Shown here one piece after another: positions 12,833 to 26,931 of a DNA stretch of 64,000 nucleotides (position 1 is its first letter; each line of letters begins with the position of its first letter). The stretch spans positions 48,670,001 through 48,734,000 of the forward strand of contig NC_043005.1 of NCBI RefSeq assembly GCF_006345805.1, in the 5' to 3' direction. This stretch comes from Octopus sinensis (Eukaryota). Position numbers and translations under genes: made by a program. Under the pieces are notes generated by a model. That model had not been told where the DNA came from. It did no database searches and saw nothing but the letters and a program-made list of their open reading frames with translations.

Positions 12833-13078
12833 ATGTATATATATATTTATTTATGTATGTGTTTGTGTATGTTTGTGTGTCTGTGTTTGTCCTCCCAGCA
12901 TCACTTGACAACCGATGCTGGTGTGTTTACGTCCCCGTAACTTAGCGGTTCGGCAAAAGAGTCCGATAGAATAAGTACTAGGCTTGCAAAGAATAAGTCC
13001 TGGGGTCGATTTGCTCGACTAAAGACGTTGCTCCAGCATGGCCACAGTCAAATGACTGAAACAAGTAAAAGAGTAGAA
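12590..13078 (+). mobile_element. SINE family B with expanded internal (TA)n and partial deletion
   Basis: tggctgtgtggtaagtagcttgcttacaaaccacatggttccgggttcagtccc head, through ...aaatgactgaaacaagtaaaag tail. Confidence 0.92.
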
Positions 13079-13357
13079 GGGATAATACATACATACATAC
13101 ATACATACAAAATATACATGTGTGTATGTGTGTGTGTGTTTGTGCGTGAATGTGTGTGTGTGTATGTGTGTTTGTGCGTGAATGTGTGTGTATATGTTTG
13201 TGTGTGTATGTGCATGTTATTTAGGAGTAAGGTCCTATATGTTTAGTGAGACCGTGTAACTGCACATGAAAAATCCTTCTCCCAGGTGAAAACTTAAACA
13301 AGGTTTAAAAAATATATTGAATACGAGAAACTGGCCAAACTGAAATTGTTTGATGTA

Positions 13358-13515
13358 GGCGCGGGCATGGCTGTGTGGTTAGGGAGCTTGCTTCCTAGCT
13401 ATTTCGTTTCGGGTTCAGTCCCACTGCGTGGCACTTTGGGTAGGTGTCTTCTGCTATAGCCCCGAGCCGACCGAAGCTTTGTGATTGAATTCGGCAGGCG
13501 GAAGTTACTGCCGTG
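13358..13515 (+). mobile_element. SINE family B, 5' part
   Basis: A-box/B-box-like head ggcgcgggcatggctgtgtggtt...gggttcagtccc. Confidence 0.85.
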
Positions 13516-13984
13516 TGTGTATATGTGCGTGTAGGTGCGTGTGCCTCTCCGAAAGAGAGAGGGAGAGAGGGGAGAGGCATGGGACGATGCAGTTTAGTAC
13601 CCAACAGTGTATCATCGCAGAGTTACTGTCAGAACTCAAAGAGCCGGGAGAGATATACCACACGACACTCTAAAATTTCCGTTAACCTGCCGCAGTAGTT
13701 TAATACATGTTTATTATTGACCTCGAAAGAATGAAGGCGAAGTTGACCTCCGTGAGATTTGAACTCAGAACATAGAAATACAGAATATATACCGCCAATT
13801 CACTACCTTGGTATATGTTTTCATATAATATCAATATGCTCATAAAGCATAGATAAATCGGTTTTTTTCTCTCTCTAAAAGGGTTGAAGTTACATGCATA
13901 TACACACACACGCACATGCATACATGCATATTCACATTCACAAAAAACATACATACACAAATTCATTTACCCGTCCGTCCGTCC

Positions 13985-14190
13985 ACCCATCCATCCACCC
14001 ATCCATCCATTCATCCATCCATCCATCCATCCATCCATCCATCCATCCATCCATCCATCCATCCATCCATCCATCCATCCATCCATCCATCCATCCACCC
14101 ATCCATCCATTCATCCATCCATCCATCCATCCACCCATCCATCCATCCATCCATCCATCCATCCATCCACCCATCCATCCATCCATCCAG
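13985..14190. repeat. (CATC)n microsatellite
   Basis: Read directly. Confidence 0.97.
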
Positions 14191-14496
14191 CTAACCAAAC
14201 ATCCATAGACTAAGGCATGTGTGTATGGGAAAGAAGAGTGCGCTTTTCGCCCTCGTAGTTCCCAGATTCATTCCTAGGGCGCAGCACATTGGGAAATATC
14301 TTCTAATATAGCTTCGGACGAACAAAGGTAACGTGAAACTCGGAGTAACGATTTATGAAGTTTTTTCAGTTTCCAATTGAGGTTTGACATTTCTTTCTGT
14401 TTTTAATATGAAGTATTCTTTACTCCATTTTGTTTGCACCTATATGCATACTTGCTTCAGCGTGCGCTTTCTGTGTCTGTCTGTGTGTGCGTATAT

Positions 14497-14585
<89 letters not shown>

Positions 14586-15986
14586 AGCATACATACTTAC
14601 ATACATATATGCATGCATGTATGCATACGTATATACAAACATACATGCTTGCATGTATACATACACTTTTACGAGAACACTTCGAAGTTTAATAGTCTTA
14701 TACGCTACGAAAAAATATGAAATAATTTTTCAGTTTTATATTAAATTATTTTTATATGTTCACATAAAACGAACATTAATACATACATATATACATACAC
14801 ACACACACTCATATACACTCATATTTACATGTGTGTGTGTGTGTGTACATATATAAGTATGAATGGATGTGTTTGTATATGTGCATGTGTGGGTGTGTGT
14901 GAGAGTGTCTGTGCGCAAGTAGCTTCCATAATAGCGAAAATCACAAATAAAGTTTTGTTAAATTCTTGAATATACCACAGCTATTCCTTTTTACAAGGAA
15001 TAAAAAAAAACAATCAAACAAAAAACAAAAAACAAAACAAAGAAAAGCAAAAAAAAAAAACAAGAACGAATCCGCAAAAACAAAACATAAAAGTAACACC
15101 TGAAGAAACTAAAAAAAAAAAAACAACAAAATCACTCACACACACATACACACGTACACACGTACATACGTGTATGGGCCTGTGTATGTGTGTCTGTGTT
15201 TGTATGAGCGTGTCAAGAGCAACAACGCCAACATTAATATCTGTAACCGAAAAGATTCCCAAAAGAACGCGATAAACGTAAAGATATATAGAACGAATCT
15301 GGACTGACTTACATTTTCGTCTTCATAGACGCTCGTTTTAGCGTAATTTCTGTATGAGAATCATTATGATTGGTTTGCATTGATCAGAACGATAACAACA
15401 TGGCATTGCTTGTTCGCTATGACTGCTATAAAAGACTTGTGCAAATCACTATTGACATGTATGCTAAGTGGCAAGAAAAGATATATTTTTAAAGCCATGA
15501 AAGCTTTTAGAGGAAGCTGAAGATTTCGGGGGGAAACTGACGCGAAGATGTGTGTGTATGTGCGTCTTACTGCAGAACAATATGTGTGATGTGCTTGCGT
15601 GTGTGTTTGTGTATGTGTGTGTGTGTGTATGCGAGTGTGTGTGTTTGTGTATGTGTATGCATGTGTGTGTGAATGTGAGTATACACGCTTACACAAAACA
15701 CGTATATAAATATCTAATTGTGTGTACATATATGTAGGCAGATGTATATACACACATATAAATATACACACGCATAATTTTTATTCATATTCTAATGTGC
15801 AGTTTATATTCATATAATTACATACCTATGTATTTGCATGATCGCGTACACACACACACACATACACACACAGTCATAAACTCCCGTATACACACAGAGA
15901 CATACACACACATACATATTTATGTACACATAAATATATGTACAAATGGATATACAAATGAATTTTATCTAAAGGGATGTCTGTGT

Positions 15987-16029
<43 letters not shown>

Positions 16030-16177
16030 AATATATATATATATATATATATACCTGAGTAAGCACATAAATGCGAGACAAGGTGGAAAAAATAGTGCTC
16101 GAATACCGAAGGTAGAGTTAAATGCTTTACTAAAAAGTAGCAGTTTTTGTGATAGTTTTGCTGCTTTTTAATAATGT

Positions 16178-16208
<31 letters not shown>

Positions 16209-16227
16209 CATATACGCACATATATAT

Positions 16228-16360
16228 CAGCCGAAATTACTACGATGATCCGGTTCTTGACTGAAGACTGAGGGTTTCGAATGTCCTGTCCGTGTTTATT
16301 GTATCGTCTTCTAAGAGTTATACGTTCTTGTCCATGTTGTATTTTTCTACATACCTTAAT
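16228..16360 (+). mobile_element. (TA)n-flanked ~130-bp repeat, probable Penelope-like terminal repeat, second family
   Basis: cagccgaaatt...gactgaagactgagggtttcgaatgtcc also at 22690, 22867 and (3' part) 28745. Confidence 0.55.
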
Positions 16361-16466
16361 ATATATATATACATATATATCGAAAGAGAGAGAGAGAGAG
16401 AAGAGAGAGGGAGAAAGAAAGAGAGAAAGAGAGTGCTAGATTAAAGAAATCGATCGATAGATAGTA

Positions 16467-16556
<90 letters not shown>

Positions 16557-16887
16557 GTAGATAGATAGATCGACAGACAAGGTACACACACACACACACA
16601 CACACACACATCTATATAAATATTCAATTGCCGCTTCTACGGAAACATATCTATGAATGAAGATGCTGTCCACCGCGTTGTAATACCATTGCAATGGAGG
16701 AGGGAGAGGAGGGTGGGATGACCACTAAAATTTACCTGAAAACTTCTTCCGTCTATTCCCGGTGGATTAAAAGCAGAACGAGCCCGAGTTAGGAGTTGAA
16801 ACTCGAACGTAAATGTGACAGAAAAATGCCTCGGCAAATTTTGCCAGATGTCTACCCGTTTCTGCCGTCTTCTATCATTTGTCATTT

Positions 16888-17032
16888 ACTTGTTTCATTC
16901 ATTGGACTGCGACCATATTGAGGCACCGCCTTGAAGGGTTGAGTCGAGCAGTTCTGTTGCCGAACCGCTAAGTTGGAAGGACGTAAACAACCCAACATCA
17001 ATTGTCAAGCGGTGGTAGGGGACAATTGCAAA

Positions 17033-17065
<33 letters not shown>

Positions 17066-17218
17066 CGATGGTCTTCTTTCAGTTTCCATCTACCAAATTA
17101 ATTCAAAAGGCTTTGGTTGACCCGAAGGCTATACCAGAGAATACTTGCTCAAGGTACCACATAGTGGGACTGAACCCAGAACCATGTGGTTGAGAAGCAA
17201 ACATCTTACCACATGGCC
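16888..17218 (-). mobile_element. SINE family B
   Basis: Near-full reverse-complement copy with internal (CA)n. Confidence 0.88.
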
Positions 17219-17239
17219 TGCTGCTTCAATAGTGTCTTT

Positions 17240-17850
17240 TTATCAAATTACCACTGAATATGGTTGAAATAGCAGCCAAATTTACCTCAAATCATACCAC
17301 CACATCGTACTATTTAAAAGAAACGCAAGAACACATCAGCTAATGCAGTTTTAGTAACTACTATAATGTTGTGACAGTCACGGATGGAATGTCCTTGATC
17401 ATATTTCTGTTCATTCACGATTTAACTTGGACCATTGAATTACTCAGGAATCTATTAGAGGTGACTTGATCTTCTAGAAATCACAGTCAGTTTTTCTTCA
17501 ATCATACCTTTACAGTCTTAGAAAGGAAGGACTCATTGAATGATGTAATGTTAGATGAATTATATCCAGAAAAAAAATCCGTTCTTGACGGTCACGGCTG
17601 ACACACGTTTCATCATAAGCATGTTCGTACAGAGCTGACCTAGGGCTAAACAGCTGCAAGAATAGCTCGCTGTTTGGTTGGTCGAACTACTAGAAATAAC
17701 TGCTACAGTTTTCTAAAATCACTAACCTATTCTTGTTTTAAATAAGGAAAAGAGGATACATTAAATATTATAATGTTAAAAAGACATTTTTGATCATAGT
17801 CCTCCTCTACCAGGGCTGACCTCCTGGGTTTTAAAAAACAGCAACAGCCA
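17240..17850 (+). mobile_element. Three tandem diverged copies of repeat family D
   Basis: Each unit starts near ...agaaatagcagccaaa.../...tagaaatcacag... and ends ...tgatcata...gctgacct..gg. Confidence 0.6.
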
Positions 17851-18119
17851 TATTGTCAACAAAACTACGAATGCCTTCCGAACGTGGTTGCATGGTTTTC
17901 ATATATTTCCGGAGACAAAAATCTATGTGAGTGAAATGCAATGACTAGAACCGGAAATCCATACTGGGTCACGTGCTTAGTTCGCATGCTCTTTCGTTTC
18001 CCCGTTCCTCTCACTACTACCACCAGCACCTTTACCGCTCATCACAAAACTCGGCTTTTCCATATAAAAGCTTACTGGAGTTTGGTGAAGTATTCAAGCA
18101 TTGAAAATGCAACCTAAAA

Positions 18120-18250
18120 TATGTGTGTGGTCGAGAAGCTTGCTTTCTAACCACGTGGTTTCGGGTTCAGTCCTACAGCGCGACACCTTGAGAGGACCAA
18201 TGCTTATGAATGAATCTGGTTGGTGGAAACTACGTGGAAGCCTGTCGTAT
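18120..18250 (+). mobile_element. SINE family B, 5' part
   Basis: gtgtggtcgagaagcttgctttctaaccacgtggtttcgggttcagtcc. Confidence 0.8.
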
Positions 18251-18287
18251 GTATATACATAATAAATACAAACGAATATAAAAGAAC

Positions 18288-18545
18288 GAGCACTCTGTCA
18301 GTTACGACGATGAATGCTCCAGTTGATCCGATCACCGGAACAGCTTGTTTGTGAAATTAACGTGCAAGTGGCTGAGCACTCCACAGACACGCGTACCCTT
18401 AACGTAGTTAATCAGGGGGATTCAGCGTAACACAGAATGTGACATGGCTGGCCCTTTGAAATACAGGTACAGCCTATTTTCGCCTGCTGAGTGGACTGGA
18501 GCACGTGAAATAAAGTGTCTTCCTCAAGAACACAGCACGCCGCAG
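18288..18545 (-). mobile_element. SINE family C (head missing)
   Basis: High identity to 34903-35140. Confidence 0.88.
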
Positions 18546-18781
18546 ATTGAAAGACAAAGCTTACCTCGGCTTGATGCGAAGACAGAACCTAGAATACTAC
18601 ATTGCACAATGTATCTTTCCTTTTATTTCAAGACGGTGGTGATGTAATTTAAATTAAATTTTTGTAATTTGACGGAGTATTTCGTTGTAACAGACGAACA
18701 CGAAATGCAAAACAGAGCATTTGTTCTGAATGCTACACTATGGTCAAGATTTTCAGGACCAGTGCAGCCGACCACCTCTTA

Positions 18782-18995
18782 ATTTAACTCTTTAGCATTC
18801 TGCTTACTCTGATGAGTGTAATGTTTATCTATTCACAATGTATTGACTTTATCATGCGTTGTATTTATCACCTTGTAGCTTTGAGATTTTGGTGATATGA
18901 TTATTCATCTTTTAAAATGACATTAAATGGTTGGTGTGAGAGGCTGGATCTGGCCACTTTGAACATAAAACAGGTAGAATATTTTGCTCGGATGT
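18782..18995. mobile_element. Probable TTAA-type (piggyBac-like) MITE, one end eroded
   Basis: Starts ttaa-ctctttagcatt; body matches an octopus repeat I recall with ttaaccctttagcatt termini. The second TIR is not visible here. Confidence 0.4.
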
Positions 18996-19884
18996 TGTTG
19001 ATAGGAAAAAAAATCAAATATTTTAAACAAAGATCAGTTAAAACGTCGTAATTAAATACTATAAAGCATTTCATCTGATGCTCTAACGGTTTTGCTACAC
19101 CAGCTCACTCTCAATTCCTAACACAAACACAAAACTACTCATTTAGGGAAGTAATTAGCCAATTAAATCGACCCTAGTATTTAACTGGTACCGACGTTGG
19201 AAGGAGAAAAAGGCAGTTAAATTTAGTAGCGGTATTTGAACTCACAACTGAGGAAATCAGAACTATAATATTTTTCGTTCTTTTTTTAATCTTACAACAT
19301 TTAGGAATCAAAGTGATAAAATAGAATATCAGACAAGCCCTTATATGGAGAGAATTGACGGTTTGGTTCCGACTAATTTCTGATTTTATGCTAGAGTGAG
19401 AAAACGAAGGCGCTCGTTGGTATAATAGGTACAGAGGGTAAGCGGTTATGCTTCCTAAATAGAACTCTACATTCCGTGTTCAAATCCTGAACAACGAGTT
19501 TGCTATCCATTTAATTTATTTTGATTTAAAAGAAAAAATAAAATACAATACGAGACAAGCATGAAAATTAATTTGTTTGATTACTCCAATTATTCAATGA
19601 TAACTCCTGTCCCCACATATTAATAGTCGTAAGCCAAAATTAAAAATGATCATTCGCTGGAAAGATTTGAAACAAGACGGATACTTAAGCCTCAGCGCGC
19701 AACCATTTTCAGTCATCACGTTAGGTTAGTATGATATAACATAACATAATAAAATACAATATCAAAATATAAATATATATAAATTATTACATAAATAATG
19801 TGTGTATGTGTTTGGGTGATACCTCCATTTTTGTACTGTAAAATCCTTAATAGGTTTTCTTCTTTTTATGCTTCAGTGTAATCT

Positions 19885-20346
19885 TTCTGCTACAGGCACA
19901 AGGTCTGAAATTTTGAGGGAGGGTGATGACGATCATGCTGACCGCAGTGCTCAACTGGTACTATTTTATCGACCCCGAAAGGATTAAAGGTAGTAAAGTC
20001 GACCGCGGAAAAATTTGAACTTAGAACAAAAAGACGGACGAGTTGCCGGTAAGTACTTGGTCCGGGTGCTAACGATTCTGCTGGCTCCAGTACAATGTTA
20101 CACCTTGTTTTGACTACGATGCATTATATTGTATATAATCAAATACTATATGTATGTATTCATGTATGTATGTATGTATGTATGTATGTATGCATATCCT
20201 CGCTCTGAGTTTAAATTCCGCTGAAATCGACTTTGCCTTTTATCTTTTCGGAGTCAATAAAATAAGTACCAGTTGAACACTGGGGTCGATGTAATCGACT
20301 GGCCCCACACCCCCGAATTTTAGGCCTTGCGCCTATAGTAAAATGG

Positions 20347-20391
<45 letters not shown>

Positions 20392-20585
20392 AGGGACGTG
20401 AGCTGGCAGAATCGTTTGCATTTCGGACGAAATGCTGCTAAGCATTCAGACTCCGCCGAGGTCGACTTTGCTTTCCATCCTTTCGGGATCGATAAAATAA
20501 GTACCGGTTGAATACTGGGTCGATGTAATCGACTTACCCCACTCACCTCCAAAATTGCTGGTGTTGTGCCAAAACTTGAACCAAT
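19885..20585. mobile_element. Three SINE family A copies (19885-20092 minus; 20200-20345 and 20392-20585 plus)
   Basis: Family core motifs; the plus copies end ...tagtaaaatggatt or ...gaaacca followed by (ATT)n. Confidence 0.9.
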
Positions 20586-20605
20586 AATTTTTGCCATTAT
20601 TATTA

Positions 20606-20663
<58 letters not shown>

Positions 20664-21499
20664 TGTCTTTTTCCTAACGATGATGAGATATGTGATTTAA
20701 AGGAGGGACTTGGTTGTTATTTCTAGCAGGTCGCGAGAATTTATAAAGACCACCACCACCACCCCATGAAAAGAAAAAGAAAAAAGATTCCATCAATCAA
20801 TCACTAACTCAATCAATCAATCAATTAATCGAAAATAAAAATCATCAATCTATGAATTGTAATCAGCATCTTCTCCACCACGACGACGACGACGACCACG
20901 ACCACGACCACCAACACCAACAACACAAGCAAAAACAACAACAGCAACATCCTCCCCACCATCACCGTCATCATTAAAATCGTTCGCCAGTTGGAAACAA
21001 AAGGATAGTACACATGACCTTCTTGGGGTTTTTTTTTTTTTCCTGTTCTTTATTCTTTTGATTTTTTTTTGTTTTGTTTTGTTTTCCTTTTTTTTTTCTC
21101 TTTTTCCTCTTTTCCCCGTTAATTTATTTTACTCCCCATACAACAGGCGTGGATTCAAGTATTTCTTGCTTGCTTCGGCTCATAGCAGAGGAAGTATGTC
21201 TGACTGTATTCGAATCTCATTAGCATATGCGTACGTGTGCATGTTCATGCGTGAGCGCGCACAAACGTATAGTCATTTGCGTTGGAGAAAGACACAGAAA
21301 GTAGGAGGGGAAGGAGAGAGAGAAAGAGAGAGAGAAGGAGAAAGAGAAAGAGAAAGGAGAGAGAGAGAGTAATGGTAGGTGTGTGTGTGTGTGTGTGTGC
21401 GTGTAGGTATGTACGTGAATATTTGTGCGAAAGCATGATAGAGCAAAACTGGAGAAGCTATTAATCTAGAATATACATTTAATATATGCATGAATATAT

Positions 21500-21538
<39 letters not shown>

Positions 21539-21847
21539 ACACACACACACACACACACATACACACACACACACATATATATACATTTATATATATATAA
21601 GAATAAATATGGACATATATATATCCGTATTCACTCACACATATATCGGATTTGAGACAACTTTAAATTATATATAAACACACACACACACGCACACACA
21701 CAAACACACACACACACACACGCACACACACACAACACACACACACACACACACACACACATTCAAGAGCGCATTGCGAGGCATTCGCCCAAAGCTAATT
21801 AAACGGATATATATACATTTATATAGACACATATGCATATCTACCAA

Positions 21848-21878
<31 letters not shown>

Positions 21879-22360
21879 ATCTGTCTCTCTCACAGTCTCT
21901 CTATTCCTGTCTCTCTCACAGTCTCTCTATTCCTGTCTCTCTCTCTCCCTCTATTTCTCTCTCTCTCTATCACGCTCTTTTATATATAGATAGATCGTTA
22001 GATAGATATCGGTTTAACAGACACACGCACAAATGTATGTATGTATATCTATGAGGTGGGTATAGGCCTTCGTGTTTATTAGTGGGTGTGTGAGGAATGT
22101 ACGAAGAAAAATTTGGGGGAGGAACCATAGTAGCCGCTGGTAGGTAAAAAACCCATTAGCAAAAGGAGGCATGGGAGTAAACGTATATTCCCCCTTCTCC
22201 TCTTCTCATCGACATAAAGTTCAGCCCACAACTGTAGCATTTCCCTGACACATTACTTCCCTTACCTACCACCACCTGTTCAATCGCAGAAACACACACA
22301 CACACACATCTATATTCATACATTCCGTATAAGCTTATGGCTTTTGTGTGCGTATGTGTA

Positions 22361-22395
<35 letters not shown>

Positions 22396-22574
22396 GTTCT
22401 CGCACGAAAAGCGATTGACATTTCGATGCAGGTTGATGATCGACGGTGTTGTATATTCTCAACATACGATATAATTAATTACAATCCATTCTATGATATA
22501 TATGTATAATATATATATATATGTCCTGTTATTAATTATTATTATTGTTTTTTGTATTTATATTCGTGTGGCAT

Positions 22575-22990
22575 CGCCAGTTTTTTCTGTCCTTGTTTCG
22601 TATACATTCGATCCTTTTTCCAAGAAATCTAATGCTCGTAGCTTAGTTTTTCCTTGGGGCTGGCCGGATCGGAGCGATCTCAAGATTAATCAGCCGAAAT
22701 TGCGAGGATGGTCCAGTTCTTGACTGAAGATTAGAGGCTTCGAATGACCCGTCCGTTTTTTTTTTTTTTGTGTCGTCTATTTGAATGTTTTGCGTTCTTG
22801 TCCCATTTTGTATTTTTATATATATTTTTTATACATCATACATACATACATATATATATATATACTCAGCCGAAATTGCTAAGATGATCTGGTTCCTTGA
22901 CTGATGACTGAGGGCTTCGAATGTCCCGTCCTGTGTTCTTGTGTCGTCTCTGTGGGTGTTTCATGTTCTTGTCCTGTCTGTAATAATTTT
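22575..22990 (+). mobile_element. Two tandem copies of the second Penelope-like terminal repeat
   Basis: cagccgaaattgc...ctgaNga...gcttcgaatg at 22690 and 22867, separated by (TA)/(TACA). Confidence 0.55.
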
Positions 22991-23000
22991 AACTGTTTAC

Positions 23001-23060
<60 letters not shown>

Positions 23061-23071
23061 TGAGTCTGAAA

Positions 23072-23270
23072 ATTTGGGGATTGGGTAATCGATTATATTG
23101 ACTCCATTGTTCAACTGGTACTTATTTCATCGTTGACTCCCAGAGCAGGAAGTAAAGTCAATCTCGGCGGAATTTGAAAATCAGGACCGTAGAGACGGAC
23201 GGACGGACGAAATAACGCTAAGGAATTCTGACCGGCGTACTGATGATGATTCCGCTAGTTCTGTCGCCTT
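23072..23270 (-). mobile_element. SINE family A
   Basis: Family core motifs. Confidence 0.8.
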
Positions 23271-23555
23271 AATAATAATTATAATAATAATAACAACAAC
23301 AATAATAATTATAGCATACATAATATGTAAGAGCAAATTAGCATAAGATCGTGTGTGTGATTGCGTGCAGACGCGCGCGCAGTGATACACGTATTTACGT
23401 TTGAGAAAGAGAGAAGAGAGAGTGAACGAATATAAGCGAAAACGAAAGAGAGAAGTGTTACGTGTTTGTGTTCTGTATGATGGTGTTGCTTGTTGTTGTT
23501 GTTGTTGTTGTTGTTGTATATGTGCTTGTGTGTGCTTGTGTGTGTGTGTGTGTGT

Positions 23556-23593
<38 letters not shown>

Positions 23594-23991
23594 GCGTTTG
23601 TTTATAATTTCGCCACGAAAGCTAGCAGTTTTTTTGTTGGGTAGGCGTTTAGACAGTAACGTCGGTGCCCAGTACGGGAATGGCACTCGATTCTTTTTTT
23701 TTTTTAACGTTCCTTAAAGGATATGAACGTCTAAAAGCTGCCCCTTGGTGCGATTTGAATTCAGAAGATAAAGAGCCGAAAAAATGTACTCAACACCCAC
23801 CCACCAATCCACCCACCAAAATTGTTTTTGCCCGATACGGATAATGGCGATCATTAATAGCAAGTAGATATATTATACATAAATGATGATAATGATGATG
23901 ATGATGATGGGGAGGAGGAGGAGGGGGATAATGATGATGGAAAATAATAACCATAATAACTACCACGATAACAACAACAACAACAACAACA

Positions 23992-24052
<61 letters not shown>

Positions 24053-24726
24053 TAGTAACACATATACATGTATACATTCATACATATATACATATATGTA
24101 TGTATGTGTGTGTGGTTGTGTGTGTGTGTGTGTGTGTGCATACACGCACGTTTCAAGTTGGTGTGTTTAAGCATATCTCAGAATTCGGCTATGAATATGT
24201 ATTTATGCATGTACACATGTATGCATGTATGTATGTGTGGTGAATGTGGTTGTGGTGTGTGTGTGTGTGTGTGTGGTTGTGTGTTTCGTGTATATAATAT
24301 TATATATATACTTTATTTTAAGCAGCAGCAGAAAATTCAACAAAATCTGTTACTCTGAGTTTCTCGTTGCCGTTCATCAGACAGTTTTTGCTAGAATGGA
24401 AACATATATATTAATTCAATCTATACTCTTACAAACGCTACACCTTTAAAAAAAGAATGGACTTGTTTGATTGGCCCTTTAGAAAAAAACGGTCAATCTT
24501 CGAGCGATAAACAAAAGGTCAAAATATATGTATATATATATCTGGGAGATTTAAATCCAATTTGTACCTTCTATTTTCTGTTTATTATCAAAGAAGAAGG
24601 CTTTCCATCTCAGTCTCTATAAACTCTTCCGTTTTCTCTATAAGACCTTTGATATATTGTTTCCGTGCAGGGATAGGTATATTTTTCTTTTTTCCACCTT
24701 GTTTCACATTTATGTGTTTACTCCGG

Positions 24727-24757
<31 letters not shown>

Positions 24758-25199
24758 ATTATTATTTGAGGGAATAAAATCCAAACTTACAAGTTTATAT
24801 ATGTGCATATATATATATATATATATATTATATCGTTTTCTTCTTCTTCCAAGTAAGTTTATATATATATGCACGCATATGTAGTTATGCATGTGTGCAT
24901 ATGCGTGTGTGCACGTGTGTGGAAGTGTTGGGGTGTGGTTATGGACTCATAACAATATGGCTACCTTCTCACTAAACTGTTTCCTCTTTCAGCGATTGTC
25001 ATTCTCTTATTCTCTTTCCTCTCCCTATTTCCTTTCTTTTCCACCCTTCGCTTTTCACTCCGCTGTGTAATTTCTTTTTCATTTTCTTTCTTTCTTTCTC
25101 AAGCTGCTTATTTTTACTTGTCACCCGTTCATAATTTCTTATCGGCTGCTTATTTTTGGTGAATATTATAATATTCCCGTTTTTTTTTAAAAAATATGA

Positions 25200-25548
25200 T
25201 TGAAGACAGACAGACCGATAGATAGATGGATAGAATGATTGATAAATAGATAGATTGATTGATAAATGATAGATAAATGGATAGAGAGATAGACAGATAG
25301 ATAGATTGATTGATAGATAGGTAGATACATAAATAGAGGGCTGAATAGACAGACATACAAACAGACAGACAGACAGATAGATAGATAGATAGATAGATAG
25401 ATTAGATAGATAGATAGATAGGTGGATAGAATGATTGATAAATAGATAGAATGATAAATGATAAATTGATAGAGAGATAGACAGATAGATAGATTGATTG
25501 ATAGATAGGTAGATACGTAAATAGATGGATAGTCAAACTGAGACAGAC

Positions 25549-25592
<44 letters not shown>

Positions 25593-25637
25593 GGATGGAC
25601 GGATGGATGGATGAATAGATAGATAGACAGATAGAAT

Positions 25638-25710
<73 letters not shown>
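25200..25710. repeat. Degenerate (GATA)n/(GACA)n array with an internal ~110-bp duplication
   Basis: Read directly. Confidence 0.9.
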
Positions 25711-26346
25711 ACAGTTAATTACAGAGGGAGAGAAGGGGGGAGGTCAGAAAATACAGAGAGTATAAGAATGAAGAGAAGCCAGAAAAGAGGAGAGATAGTG
25801 AGTGAGATGTAAAGGGGGAGTGTATAAAAGAATTTGCAGAAGAGATGTCACTTGAAGAAGAAAGAAACAGATAATAGAGAAGAGGCTGGCCGTTGTTACT
25901 TGGGCGGAGACTCGTTCCTGTGGAAGAGCGGAAACAGGTTTTCAAAGAACCAAAATTTAAGAGAAAACGAAGAGTAATAGTTGTGTTATTTCTCATGTCT
26001 GTATTCTATACACTCTTATTAAACCCACCTTCAGCTCATCGCGACTGCATTGCAATTCGTTTTTGCAACATTCTTAATTCCTCGTCGTTGTGAAGCTGGT
26101 TAACTTAACTACTGGGTTCTCTCTCAGCCGCTTACATGCGTGTGTTTCCCGCTCGATGTTTTTCATGTTCTTTATATATATATATATTTTTTTGTTTTAA
26201 AATTTTTTTCTAAATTAAGTATGCGTTTTTTAAACAATTATCTGAATTATTCTCTGCGTGCTAAATTCATATCTAATTTTTGAAACCTATAATTTTTTTT
26301 TTCAATTAGCGTATTTTTATGTTTATTACACACGCACACACCACAC

Positions 26347-26385
<39 letters not shown>

Positions 26386-26650
26386 CACACGCACACACTC
26401 ACGTACACGTAAGCTATTATTTTAAGTAATTAACTAGTTATTTTGCGAAGTTAATTAACATCCAATTTTTAAAACTATAACACTGCAGTTTTTCTGAGTA
26501 GCGGCGTGTGAATATGTATGTATATTTGCACATACGTACGTGTGTATGCATATATGCATGTAGATATATATACATACAAACATATATCTATGTACACTGT
26601 ATAATGTGTTTATCTCTCACTTGTATGTGTAGAACTTTGTTCATCACTAC

Positions 26651-26654
<4 letters not shown>

Positions 26655-26712
<58 letters not shown>

Positions 26713-26727
26713 GTTGTTGTTGTTGTT

Positions 26728-26766
<39 letters not shown>

Positions 26767-26830
26767 ATTATTATTATTATCATTATTATTATAATCATCA
26801 TCATCATCATCATTATTATTATTATTATTA

Positions 26831-26872
<42 letters not shown>

Positions 26873-26874
26873 CA

Positions 26875-26930
<56 letters not shown>
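26655..26930. repeat. Compound (ATT)n-(GTT)n-(CAT)n microsatellite
   Basis: Read directly. Confidence 0.97.
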
Positions 26931-26931
26931 G

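Noticed and set aside
19339-19348. Perfect CArG box (CCTTATATGG)
   Set aside because: A single 10-mer is expected by chance in 64 kb of AT-rich DNA.
21165-21230. cttgcttcggc ... attagcat, resembling U6 snRNA
   Set aside because: The ACAGAGA box and the intervening U6 sequence are absent.
25823-25853. TATAAAAG followed by TCACTT (core-promoter-like)
   Set aside because: Spacing (27 nt) is short, the Inr is imperfect, and no downstream gene is supported.
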